A DNA stretch of 64,000 nt from Blastocatellia bacterium (GTDB lineage: Bacteria > Acidobacteriota > Blastocatellia > UBA7656), in the NCBI GenBank assembly GCA_035634255.1, contig DASQDI010000079.1, positions 53,214 to 117,213 on the forward strand, written 5' to 3'. This document shows positions 35,798-45,133 of the stretch, piece after piece; position 1 is the first letter of the stretch, and each line of letters opens with the position of its first letter. The notes beneath the pieces were generated by a model. It was not told the origin of the DNA. It searched no databases and was given only the letters and a program-made list of their open reading frames with translations. A program made the translations under genes and the position numbers.

Positions 35798-36568
35798 TCA
35801 CATCCTCCGCTTGAATACCTTGTCGTTCTTCATAACGAAGTGGACCTGCTTGAGCGCCTGAATGTTATCAAGAGGATTTTCGGGAAGTCCTATGATGTCG
35901 GCCGCCAGTCCGGGCTTGATGGCCCCGCGCCGCTTTTCGACCCCGAGCAGCCGCGCGGAGTTGACGGTTAGGGCCCGAAGGATCGACTTCGCCGGGACCC
36001 CCGCTTCGAGGTACTCGGGGTCGTCGAGGGCCGACCGCCTGACCCTCAGGCCGAACTGCCCCCCGAACGGGGCGATGATGCGGCCCGCCGCTATGATAGT
36101 CGGGCCGGGGACCAACCCCTCGTCGATGGCACGGCGGAGGTCAACGTCCGCGTAGTCGCCCGCGTTGCCCACGTCGCGTACGGTCGTGAAGCCCGAGTCG
36201 AGCATCTCTTTCGCGTGGACGACCCCTTGGATGGCCCGGTAGCCAGTGCGGTCGAGCAGGCTCAGGAGTAGGAAGTCACCCCCGTCGCGGGGGATTGATA
36301 GGAGGGCGCAGAGGTGAGTGTGGCTGTCGAACAGGCCCGGCATTACGGTCGAGCCGGACAGGTCGATGACGTTCGCGCCCTTCGGGACCTCAAGTCCCGG
36401 CGCGACCGCCGTTATCTTGTCCCGCTCGACGAGTATGACCTGATTCTTCGACACCGCGCCGGGCTCAGGGTCGAGCAGCCTGCCCGCTTTGATCGCGGTC
36501 ACCTGCGCGAGCGCGGCGGGAGGGAAGAGCAGCAAGAAGGACAGGACGATGTGCAGGGGAGCTTTCAT
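35798..36568 (-). pseudogene. Amidohydrolase-family gene with an apparent internal deletion
   Basis: Signal peptide, DSHTHL, GFTTVRDVG and the C-terminal GLAADIIGL...NPLDNI motifs are present. The central region carrying the remaining metal ligands is missing (about 256 aa mature, versus roughly 400 typical for the family). Confidence 0.45.
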
Positions 36569-36686
36569 GGTGATCTCAGGGGAATCTTTCTTAAAGCATG
36601 CGGCCGGCCGGCCCGCGCTTCTATGAAGCCCGCGGGCCGGCCAGCCGTTTTGTCGGTACGTCAAGTTGTTAGGGAGATTCCGAGCG

Positions 36687-37070
36687 TTACGACGCCGCCG
36701 AGTCCTCCTGCATCATGCCGAAGATGTTCGACTCCGTGTCCTTGCAGTAGACGAGCCAGCCGACTCCGGGGATGGCCATCTTCGGCATGACTACGGTGCC
36801 GCCGATGCTTTCGACTTTAGAGGCCGCCTCGTCCACCGAGGGAACGTCCACGGTGCAAACGTAAGCGGTGACGGCCTGACCGTCGACGGGGCCCATTCGC
36901 TTCAGCAGCCCGCCGTCGATGCCCGGCTGTTCTTCCGGCCCGGTCCTGATGAGCCAGTAGTCCTGAGGGCCTCCGAACCTTTGAAACTGCCAGCCGAAAG
37001 CGCTCTCATAAAAGGAGACCGCGCGCTGCGGCTCCTCGGCGTGAATCTCGAAATGTATTACTCTTGGCAT
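36687..37070 (-). CDS. VOC-family (glyoxalase/bleomycin resistance) protein
   Basis: VIHFEIHAEEPQRAVSFYESAFGW...GWLVYCKDTESNIFGMMQ. Confidence 0.8.
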   Translation of the reverse strand: MPRVIHFEIHAEEPQRAVSFYESAFGWQFQRFGGPQDYWLIRTGPEEQPGIDGGLLKRMGPVDGQAVTAYVCTVDVPSVDEAASKVESIGGTVVMPKMAIPGVGWLVYCKDTESNIFGMMQEDSAAS

Positions 37071-37266
37071 GGTTGTTCTGTTCCTCCAGATCAATGTCGA
37101 ACAACCCTCTCAACTGCCTGTAGTAAAGGTGCGTCATCGTTTTTCTGTTTCGCGGTTTTACCAACCCGCTTTCTTTTCATCCCCACGGGCTCGGCCACTC
37201 GGACCAATGGTTGCGAGACATGTTGGCTACGATTCTTTTCGGGCGCAGGTTCCGGGCCGGAGGGTC

Positions 37267-37644
37267 TCACACGGGCTGAATCGCGATGACCGCCTGCTTC
37301 GTCTTTCTCAGCCGGCTGAAGAAGTCCCCGAACCGCTTCAGCCACCCGTATTTCTTAGTCAGCAACTCCTGGCCGCGCGCCGCCTCAGCCCCATCGACCA
37401 TTCGGGCCTTCGCGTCGACCCAGTCGCCCTTGAGCGAGCCGCGAACGTCGCAGGGGGCGATCCGCACGTTCGGATTATTTCGCACCCTCTTCACCTTGCC
37501 CGCGTCGGCGCGCGAGTAGACGTAGAGCGTCCCGCCTTCGCGCGCGAACCACACGGGGGTGTCCACGGGCGTCCCGCTCTTCCTGTACGTCTTAAGGTTT
37601 ATATACTTCTCGTTCGCGAACCGGGCCAGCTTGTCGTCATTCAT
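37267..37644 (-). CDS. PPOX-class (pyridoxamine 5'-phosphate oxidase-like, probably F420/FMN-binding) protein
   Basis: YINLKTYRKSGTPVDTPVWFA...VRNNPNVRIAPCD pattern. The ATG overlaps the upstream stop (ATGA). Confidence 0.8.
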   Translation of the reverse strand: MNDDKLARFANEKYINLKTYRKSGTPVDTPVWFAREGGTLYVYSRADAGKVKRVRNNPNVRIAPCDVRGSLKGDWVDAKARMVDGAEAARGQELLTKKYGWLKRFGDFFSRLRKTKQAVIAIQPV

Positions 37645-38789
37645 AGGGCGCGGACCTCGCTCTCAAGCCGTCCGGCCTTAAGGTCTATCAGCACCTCGGC
37701 GTTCGTGGCGCGCATGAAAGTCTCGAAGGCCGCGCGCTCCACCGCCGCCACGACCTCCGTCTGCAACCCGCGAGCGCCGGTGCCGCGCCTCAGGCTGCGC
37801 GCGACGATGTGCTCAAGCGCGGCGTCCGTCACGTTCAGTCGCAGGCCCTCGCCCTCGAACTCGCGCCGGAACTGCGGCAGCACGTTGTCGACCAGGATGC
37901 GCCGCAGGGTTTCAGGCGGGAGCGGGGGGAAGCTGACGATTCGCGAGAACCTGCCGACCAGTTCCGGCAGGAAGCCGTACTTCTGAAAGGACCCGACCTC
38001 TTCGAGGCTCAGCTCGCTCGACTCGTTCCCGTTCGCGTTCCGAAAGCCTATGCTGGCCCTCGTGGTCTGAAGCAGGTCGTCGAGGCCCGAGAACGCCCCG
38101 CACGCGATGAACGGGATGTCCTGAGTAGACAGCTCGATTCGGTAGCCATACTGCGAGTACCCGTAATCCATCGGCACTACCACGTCGGTGCCCTGCAACA
38201 TCGCGAGCAACTCCCTCTGCACCCCGTAGCCCGACACGTCCTTGGTCGTGCCCTGCCCGGCGAAGCGGGCGTTGCTGCCGGACGAGGCGATCTTATCGAA
38301 CTCGTCGAGGCAGACCACCCCGCAGGACGCCATGAAAGGGTTGCCGCCGGAGTTTATTATGAGCCGGGTCAGGACGGTCCGCACGTCGTCGCCGATGTAG
38401 CCGCTCTCGGTGAAGCTGGTTATATCGACGATGACCGTGGGCAGTTTCAGTATGTTTTGAAACAGCAGCTCGACCAGGAAGGTCTTGCCGCACCCCGTGG
38501 GGCCGAGCATCAGGATGTTCTGCTTGGGAGGGAGAGCGCTCCTGGGCTCGCCCTCGACGTGCAGACGCTTGAGCCTGCGGACGTGGCGGTAAGCCATCAG
38601 GGCCAGAGCCCGCCTCTGCTCGTCCTGCCCCTTGTAGCCGAGCCGCTCCAACTCGTCCGCGATGGCGGGAGGGGAGAGGACCGGCAGGGCGGCGACGAAG
38701 GCGCGGAAAGACTCGCGGTAATGCCGGGAGGTGTCCTCGTCTTCGAACGGGTCTCCGTGTTGGTTCTGTTCGGGCAACGTGAATTTCAT
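37641..38789 (-). CDS. ClpX-like AAA+ ATPase lacking the N-terminal zinc finger
   Basis: Walker A GPTGCGKT, pore-loop-like ESGYIGDDV, Walker B VVCLDEFDK, GARGLQ sensor-2 region. No C4 Zn-finger and no IGF-type loop seen. Confidence 0.8.
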   Translation of the reverse strand: MKFTLPEQNQHGDPFEDEDTSRHYRESFRAFVAALPVLSPPAIADELERLGYKGQDEQRRALALMAYRHVRRLKRLHVEGEPRSALPPKQNILMLGPTGCGKTFLVELLFQNILKLPTVIVDITSFTESGYIGDDVRTVLTRLIINSGGNPFMASCGVVCLDEFDKIASSGSNARFAGQGTTKDVSGYGVQRELLAMLQGTDVVVPMDYGYSQYGYRIELSTQDIPFIACGAFSGLDDLLQTTRASIGFRNANGNESSELSLEEVGSFQKYGFLPELVGRFSRIVSFPPLPPETLRRILVDNVLPQFRREFEGEGLRLNVTDAALEHIVARSLRRGTGARGLQTEVVAAVERAAFETFMRATNAEVLIDLKAGRLESEVRAL

Positions 38790-38886
38790 CGTCTCTCTCT
38801 GCCGGATGATCTCGAACGACGCCTGAGCGCGAAGCTCCGTCTAATAGTATGCCTCAGCTTTTTTCTTCGCCACCTTCTTATTGAAA

Positions 38887-39014
38887 GAAGGGTCGGGGGT
38901 AAGAGTTCGGTGCTCGGGGGGCAGGGAAGGGATTCTATAAAGAGAGTTCGGAATGATTAAGGCGCGGGGCGTGTCGCTCACCGGCCCCCGGCCCCTGAGC
39001 CCTGACCCCTGAGC
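38887..39014. repeat. Repeat element copy A (G-rich arm, GGATTCTATAAAGAGAGT core, C-rich CCCCTGA arm)
   Basis: The 18-nt core at 38930-38947 is identical to the reverse complement of 50957-50974. The flanking gcccc(c/t)ggcccctga..cctgacc arms are also shared. Confidence 0.6.
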
Positions 39015-39205
39015 TGTCGCAGCAGCGTTTCGAGCAGGCGGAGCCTCTGCCGTTTGTAGGCTATCGTGCGGTCAAAATCGGCTGACGCATCCTGCATCTC
39101 GATCCACGCGCGCAGGGTCCTGATGTGGTCCGTCGCGGCTTCGAAGAAGTTATCCTCGGCTTCTTTTACCACTGCTTCCAAATGCTCGCTTGTAACTGCG
39201 TTCAT
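38978..39205 (-). CDS. Small helical hypothetical protein
   Basis: 75-aa ORF. Its C-terminal RGQGSGAGGR is encoded by the repeat arm, so the 3' end (or the whole ORF) is uncertain. Confidence 0.35.
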   Translation of the reverse strand: MNAVTSEHLEAVVKEAEDNFFEAATDHIRTLRAWIEMQDASADFDRTIAYKRQRLRLLETLLRQLRGQGSGAGGR

Positions 39206-39618
39206 GCGTCACCTCTAATGGTCCGATATGATCAACCGGAAGAAATATTCAATTATTCCCGTACACTGCAATCTCCATACCTCTTGGTAGCTACATACCC
39301 GACCGGCTTAAAAAGATTCCACGGCGGGCCGGGGAGGCAAAAATTTCTCATCCCTGGGAGGAGGCTGCGTAATTATTACCGCCGCGGACGGGAAAGCGTA
39401 CAGTAAGGTCAATTGCAAAACTCGCCTAATTGACAATTCCGCCGGTGCGGATTAGAGTTTTGCAGGCTGCACCCGCGATCTGCCCGGACCGCTTTTTACG
39501 CCGGGGCGGGTGAACCGCGCGGGGCTTGCAGGTGGCGTCCGGCCGCCCGGTCCTTGCGAATGAGAGGATTGGAGCCTCAGTTCTCATGGATGGATTTTAA
39601 GTGAGAAAGGATAAAGAC

Positions 39619-40257
39619 ATGGCAATAAGAATTGGTGATACCGCACCTGACTTTACGGCTGAAACGACCGAAGGCACGATCAACTTCCACGAGTGGATCG
39701 GTGATAACTGGGCCGTTCTCTTCTCTCATCCCAAAGATTTCACCCCCGTCTGTACCACCGAACTCGGGGAGGTCGCGCGCCTCAAGCCCGAGTTCGACAA
39801 GCGCAACGTGAAGGTCATCGGACTGAGCGTCGACCCGTCGGACTCCCATCACAAGTGGGCCGAGGACATAAAAGAGACTCAGGGCCACGCGCTCAACTTC
39901 CCGGTCATCGCCGACTCGGACCGGAAGGTGTCGGACCTTTACGACATGATCCACCCGAACGCCAACGACACTCTGACGGTCCGGTCCGTATTCGTCATCG
40001 GCCCGGACAAGAAAGTTAAGCTGATGATCACCTACCCGGCGAGCACGGGGCGGAACTTCGAAGAGATCCTGCGCGTGATCGACTCCCTGCAACTGACCGC
40101 CAACTACAGCGTGGCGACGCCGGTCAACTGGAGGGACGGGGACGACTGCATAATCGTCCCCGCGCTCTCCGACGAGCAGGCGAAGGAGAAGTTCCCCGGC
40201 GGGTGGAAGACCCTGAAGCCGTACCTGAGGATGGTCTCCCAGCCCAACAAGCAGTAA
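39619..40257 (+). CDS. 1-Cys peroxiredoxin (Prx6 type)
   Basis: IGDTAPDF...WAVLFSHPKDFTPVCTTELG motif. 212 aa. Confidence 0.9.
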   Translation: MAIRIGDTAPDFTAETTEGTINFHEWIGDNWAVLFSHPKDFTPVCTTELGEVARLKPEFDKRNVKVIGLSVDPSDSHHKWAEDIKETQGHALNFPVIADSDRKVSDLYDMIHPNANDTLTVRSVFVIGPDKKVKLMITYPASTGRNFEEILRVIDSLQLTANYSVATPVNWRDGDDCIIVPALSDEQAKEKFPGGWKTLKPYLRMVSQPNKQ

Positions 40258-40450
40258 CCTTCAACCGCCCGGTTCCCGCACGAAGAGGGAAGGCCGAAAA
40301 GCCTTCCCTCTTCTCGTTAATCCGACCTGCTCTCGGCCGCCCCGCCCAGCGTCACCGAGCGGAAGACCGCTCTGATCGAGGCTCAGCCCGCCGTGGATTC
40401 GAAGCGCGAGACAGGGAAGATGCTTCGGACCGATGACCGCGCCTGAAATA

Positions 40451-41476
40451 TCAGAGCACTTCGCGCCGCAACTCGGGGAAGACTTTTGACACCTTGCCGA
40501 GCAGGTAATCTCCGTACGTCCCGGTGAATTCGTGAACGCTCGCGCGGTCCCATCGCTCGTCGCGGTCGTCGCGCGCTCGGGAGGGGCCGCCGAGTTCAAT
40601 CGGCTTCACTTCCGCGTCGAAGTTAGGGTCGAAGAAGAAAGGGAATGAAAGCCTATCGCGCCCCGAGGCGTTTTGCACGCGGTGGGGCGTGGAGCGGTAG
40701 AGGCCGCTCGTCATTCGGTCCAGCATGTCGCCTATGTTGCAGACGAATGAGCCCGCGACCGGAGGCGCGGCGACCCACCGCGACCTCGACTTAACCTGCA
40801 AGCCGCCCGACTCGTCCTGTTTTAGGATCGTCAGCACTCCGTAATCCGTGTGCTCTCCCACCCCCCACGCCTTCTCGCCTCCGGGAGCGCCGGCCGACGG
40901 GGGGTAGTTGAAGATGCGAAACAGGACGAACGGGTCCGACGTGTAGCGGTCCGAGAAGTAAGAATCTTCAAGGCCGAGGCTCAAGGCGATGCCGGACATC
41001 AAGGCATGTCCCAGGAGGGTCATCACCGACATGTAACCGAGCACCGTCTCCCGGAAGAGAGGCAGGTCGGAGGGGAAGAGATTTCGCCCGTGCATCGGGG
41101 TCCCGGCTTTGACCATCGGGTGATCGTCTTCCAGTTCGGCCCCGAAATAGATGCCTTCTTTCAGGTCGGGCCTGCCCGAGGTCAACTCGCCCCCCACGGG
41201 GAAATAACCCCTCCAGGCTTTGCCGCCCTTCGACATGCTGATCTCAAGCTTCCTCTCAGGCTCTCTGGCGAAGAACTCGCGGCTGAGACGCTCCAAGGTG
41301 CGTTGCAACCCCTCATCCACCCCATGATTGACGGCGTAAAAGAAGCCGCAATCCCGGCAGGCCCGCCCGATCCGGTCGGCGACCGCGCGGCGGTCCCCCT
41401 TGCCCGACACGAGCGCGCCCACGTCGATGATCGGAATCCGCGAAGAATCTCCCGCCTCGGGTCTTAAGATGTCCAT
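40451..41476 (-). CDS. Isopenicillin N synthase-family Fe(II)/2OG oxygenase
   Basis: IPIIDV...GFFYAVNHGV, GEHTDYGVLTIL (HxD) and STPHRV motifs. Confidence 0.85.
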   Translation of the reverse strand: MDILRPEAGDSSRIPIIDVGALVSGKGDRRAVADRIGRACRDCGFFYAVNHGVDEGLQRTLERLSREFFAREPERKLEISMSKGGKAWRGYFPVGGELTSGRPDLKEGIYFGAELEDDHPMVKAGTPMHGRNLFPSDLPLFRETVLGYMSVMTLLGHALMSGIALSLGLEDSYFSDRYTSDPFVLFRIFNYPPSAGAPGGEKAWGVGEHTDYGVLTILKQDESGGLQVKSRSRWVAAPPVAGSFVCNIGDMLDRMTSGLYRSTPHRVQNASGRDRLSFPFFFDPNFDAEVKPIELGGPSRARDDRDERWDRASVHEFTGTYGDYLLGKVSKVFPELRREVL

Positions 41477-41486
41477 CAGGCTTCCC

Positions 41487-42017
41487 CTAAAGATCGAACC
41501 GCGCTTTGATCCTCGAAACGGCCTCTTCCGCCGGCAGGTCCGTATTGTCGATGCTCAGACCCTCCCTCCCCGGCACGGCGGAGAAGAGTTCATACCGCCC
41601 CATCACTTCTTTCAGAGTCTCTACGGTCCCGATCTTGCCGAACTTCCTCCTCGACTCCGCGACGACCCTCTCTTCCAGACGCCTCGCGTCGCAATATAGC
41701 TGCACGAAGCAGACCTCCCCGCCATGCCGCTCGACGGCGGACGTGATTCGGTCGATGAATCGATTGTCCTGAGGGTTCGCGTAGACGAAGGTGAAGATCA
41801 GGCCGTCGATCTTCTCGCGGGCCGCCTCCTCGATCAGGTCGATTCGGATCTTATCGACCAGCCTGACGAAAGGCGCGGTCCCGAAGTCGAATACCGCCCC
41901 GACGCAATCGACCGTCAGATGGTTGTGAAAGAGCCGAAACCCGGTCGAGGCCGCCAGCGACGACGCCACGGTGAGTTTTCCGGCGGCCGGGGGGCCGTAA
42001 ATCAGAACCAGTCTCAT
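41487..42017 (-). CDS. P-loop kinase-like (AAA_33-type) protein
   Basis: MRLVLIYGPPAAGKLTVA Walker A motif. About 176 aa. Confidence 0.65.
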   Translation of the reverse strand: MRLVLIYGPPAAGKLTVASSLAASTGFRLFHNHLTVDCVGAVFDFGTAPFVRLVDKIRIDLIEEAAREKIDGLIFTFVYANPQDNRFIDRITSAVERHGGEVCFVQLYCDARRLEERVVAESRRKFGKIGTVETLKEVMGRYELFSAVPGREGLSIDNTDLPAEEAVSRIKARFDL

Positions 42018-42409
42018 ATCGATCTTCAATTCTTCTTCATCGTAGCGCGGCTGTCCAGGACGGAAGGCCCACATGTAAATCGACGCATGTCTTTAACACC
42101 GGGGGCACGAAAAGTAAACAGAAGACGCTCCATCGAAAAAGAAACTCTGGTTTGCATTCTTCGCGTAGCAGGTGGAATCAAACAACTTTCCGCTATATAG
42201 TTCGCACTTCCGCTGGCTGTCCCTTCGGACAGGACCTGGTGATTTTTACAGCCCTGGATCGAATCTGATCCTACCATTCAGCAGTTCTTAGGTCATTAAA
42301 ATCCCTGAAGCCCGATCTGAACTCACGCTGTCCCACTCACCGGACGCGCGAGCGGGCGAATCTGTCGTACGAATGCGCTTTTGAATGTTCGACTCTTGAT
42401 GGAGAATTT

Positions 42410-44185
42410 ATGCACCCCCCCGTGAATTCTTGTTGGATCAAGTGTGTAATCCTTCTTTTCTGCCTCGCCGGCTGCGCCGGAAACGGCTTCGCGACAACAG
42501 TGATCACGCCGAGCGACGACGATATGATCGTCGGGGCCAGGGCCATCGTCCGCGCGCGGGTGTCAGGCATCAGCACTGGCATGGACGAAACGCAGGGGGC
42601 GGTCTACACGTACGTGGCCTTGCAGGTGGAGGAAGTGATTAAGGGTCGCGTCTCCGAGAGCCGCGTGGTCCTCAGGCAGCCGGGCGGAGAGTTCGGCGAC
42701 CGCGGCACGATCTTTTACGGCGCTCCCAGGTTCAGTCAGGGGGAGGACGTTCTGGTCTACCTCGACACGTGGGCCGACGGGAGCCTCCGCGTCCACCAGA
42801 TGTACCTCGGCAAGTTCTCCATCCAGAAAGACCCGGAGACGGGCCTTGAAACGGCCGTTCGTGCTAACCCGGCGGACCTGCCGGGAGTGATCGGAATACC
42901 GGTCTCGGGGAGCGTCACGGACCGGCTGGAGCTTCGGGCTTACAGGCGGATGGTGCGGGAGCGGCTCGCGGCCAACCGCGAGAGGGTGAGCCGATTCGAC
43001 CGGCTTCATTACCGGGGGAAGCCGATGTTGATGCGGCCGCCGGATTTCAGGGGGGCGGAGGGCGGAGCGGTGCGGCCGCAGTTCGCGACCATGGCCCCGG
43101 CCCTCTGCTGGTTCGAGCTGTCGGGCGGCCGGGCGGTGCAGGTCGTCACCGGCGCGGATGGCGCGCTCTACTCCTCCGTCGCCTCGGACATTTCGGCGGC
43201 CGTGAATGCGTGGTCCGCCGCGCCCAACATATTTATACAGCTCGCGGATGGGGCGGCGGGCGCAAACCTCTGCTCCTCAACTTCGGGGAAAATTTCGGTC
43301 ATCTTCAATAACTGTGACGGGCTGTGGTCGGCGGTGTCCGGGTGCTCCGGCGTGCTGGCCCAGACCGCGATCTCCTACAGCAACTCGCAGACGCGCGTGG
43401 TCAACGGCCAGACCTTCCGCAGGATCACCGGGGCGGTCGTGTCGTTCAACCCGCACGCAAGCTGCTTTCTGGAAAGCCGGTGCCACATTCAGGAGATCGC
43501 CACGCACGAGATAGGCCACGCCCTGGGCCTGGGCCACGCGGGGGATTCGAGTTTCGGAATCCCGACGGAATCGGAGAAGGACGCCACGATGTACGCGGTG
43601 ATCCATTTCGACAGCCGGTGCGCCGCGCTCCGCAAGGACGACATGGCCGGCATCGAGTTCATCTACCCGGCGGGGCCTCAGACGCTCGCCCCGGCGATAA
43701 CGACCGGCACCCCGCTCTACAGCACGACCCTGGGGGACTCTTACCTGCAAACCCTGAGCGCGGCGGGCGGCGCTCCGCCTTACACGTGGAGCCTGTCGGA
43801 CGGGAGCGGCGGCCTGCCTCCGGGCATCACCCTGACCGCCGACGGGCGGCTCGCGGGTAAGTCTTCATCCGCCGGGAGTTTCAACCTCACGGTTCAGGTG
43901 ACGGACGGGGCGGGGGGCGTCGCGCGGAAAGCGATCTCGATAACCGTCACGGACACGCCTCTAATAAATGTCGTGAAGTACAAAGCGAAGAAGGGCAAAT
44001 TGACGATCAAAGGCGAGAGGTTCGCTTCCGCCGCCCTGTTGGTCGACCGCGTGCGGGCGAACGCCACGATCAGCGGCGGCTCCATCGTCGCGAAAAACCT
44101 GAGGCTCGCGGCGGGCATCCACGAACTTCGCATAGTCGATGCCCTCGGGCGGCTCTCCGACCCATTCTTTCTGGAAGTCGAGTGA
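42410..44185 (+). CDS. Matrixin-like (M10) zinc metalloprotease lipoprotein with a cadherin-like Ig domain
   Basis: LAGC lipobox. THEIGHALGLGH zincin motif plus a Met-turn (ATMYAV). PPYTWSLSDGSGGLPPGITLTADGRLAG is a putative Ig repeat. Confidence 0.75.
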   Translation: MHPPVNSCWIKCVILLFCLAGCAGNGFATTVITPSDDDMIVGARAIVRARVSGISTGMDETQGAVYTYVALQVEEVIKGRVSESRVVLRQPGGEFGDRGTIFYGAPRFSQGEDVLVYLDTWADGSLRVHQMYLGKFSIQKDPETGLETAVRANPADLPGVIGIPVSGSVTDRLELRAYRRMVRERLAANRERVSRFDRLHYRGKPMLMRPPDFRGAEGGAVRPQFATMAPALCWFELSGGRAVQVVTGADGALYSSVASDISAAVNAWSAAPNIFIQLADGAAGANLCSSTSGKISVIFNNCDGLWSAVSGCSGVLAQTAISYSNSQTRVVNGQTFRRITGAVVSFNPHASCFLESRCHIQEIATHEIGHALGLGHAGDSSFGIPTESEKDATMYAVIHFDSRCAALRKDDMAGIEFIYPAGPQTLAPAITTGTPLYSTTLGDSYLQTLSAAGGAPPYTWSLSDGSGGLPPGITLTADGRLAGKSSSAGSFNLTVQVTDGAGGVARKAISITVTDTPLINVVKYKAKKGKLTIKGERFASAALLVDRVRANATISGGSIVAKNLRLAAGIHELRIVDALGRLSDPFFLEVE

Positions 44186-44220
44186 TGGTCAGAGGGAGGC
44201 GGCGCGCGGGCCGCGGGTAA

Positions 44221-45108
44221 TCATTTGTTAATCGTGGCCCGCCGCTCTTTTTCTAATTTGTCTCGGTACTCGGCCTCGGTTCGCTCCACGAAGTTCCGGT
44301 ACCCGCGAGGGTCGATGAAGGGGTTCGTCTTTTCGCCCCGCTCCATCCGCTTCATCTTCTCTTGCATCGCGAAGAAAGACCCGTGCGGGGCAAGGAACAC
44401 GTCACAGTTCAGAGACTTCAGCAGGCGAAAAGTGTAGTCGTAATCCGAAGCGATCTCCGGGTACTTCGGGTTGTCCGCGAGCTTGTAGCCCGGAGCGGTC
44501 GTGCTGCCTATGAAGACAACGTCGTACTGCCTGCCGCCTTCTTCCACCTTCATGGTCCACGTGGTACAGCCCTTCGTATGCCCCGGCGTCAGGCGCGCGA
44601 CCATCGTGACGCCGCCGAGCTCGACCTTGTCCTTATCCCGCAGCAGGCGGTCCGCCTGAACGGGTTTGAAAGCCAGAGAGTCGCCCCAGGCGAAATCGTC
44701 CCGGCCGCCCCTGGCCAGCAGGGCCGCGTCGGCCTCGCTCGCCATCAGCTTCGCGCCCGTCAGCTCTTTGAGCGTGCCCAGCCCTCCCGCGTGGTCGGAG
44801 TGCGCGTGGCTGTTGATGAGTACCTTCACGTCCTCGATCCTGAACCCCAGCTGCCTGATGTTGCTCCGGATTTGGGGGACCGTCTCTTCGAACCCGCTGT
44901 CGAGAAGTATGTGGCCCGCGGGCGTGGTGATGAGGAAAGAAGTTACGTCGGACGCGCCGACATAATAAATATTCCCGATCACCTTGTAAGGCTTGACGGG
45001 GCGGTTCCACGAGCGCCAGGTCTCGTCGGCCTGCGCTTTCGCAAGCGCGGGGCATAAGAGCAGGGTGACGGCGCAGGCGAGTTTTTTAAGGCGGGATGAA
45101 TTTCGCAT
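44221..45108 (-). CDS. Subclass B3-like metallo-beta-lactamase
   Basis: Signal peptide. HAHSDHAGG, TPGHTKG and LAPHGSFF ligand pattern. Confidence 0.85.
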   Translation of the reverse strand: MRNSSRLKKLACAVTLLLCPALAKAQADETWRSWNRPVKPYKVIGNIYYVGASDVTSFLITTPAGHILLDSGFEETVPQIRSNIRQLGFRIEDVKVLINSHAHSDHAGGLGTLKELTGAKLMASEADAALLARGGRDDFAWGDSLAFKPVQADRLLRDKDKVELGGVTMVARLTPGHTKGCTTWTMKVEEGGRQYDVVFIGSTTAPGYKLADNPKYPEIASDYDYTFRLLKSLNCDVFLAPHGSFFAMQEKMKRMERGEKTNPFIDPRGYRNFVERTEAEYRDKLEKERRATINK

Positions 45109-45133
45109 AGGCCCTCGCTAATCTTTTTCTATA

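Noticed and set aside
37809-38960. 383-aa ORF on the plus strand
   Set aside because: It is antisense to the ClpX-like AAA+ gene, whose Walker motifs are on the minus strand. It has shadow composition.
42256-42276. tRNA-like 3' end (ggatc-gaatct-gatcc followed by tacca)
   Set aside because: The loop is 6 nt rather than the 7-nt T-loop. Only one nucleotide separates the stem from ACCA, so there is no acceptor stem. No D or anticodon arms can be drawn upstream.
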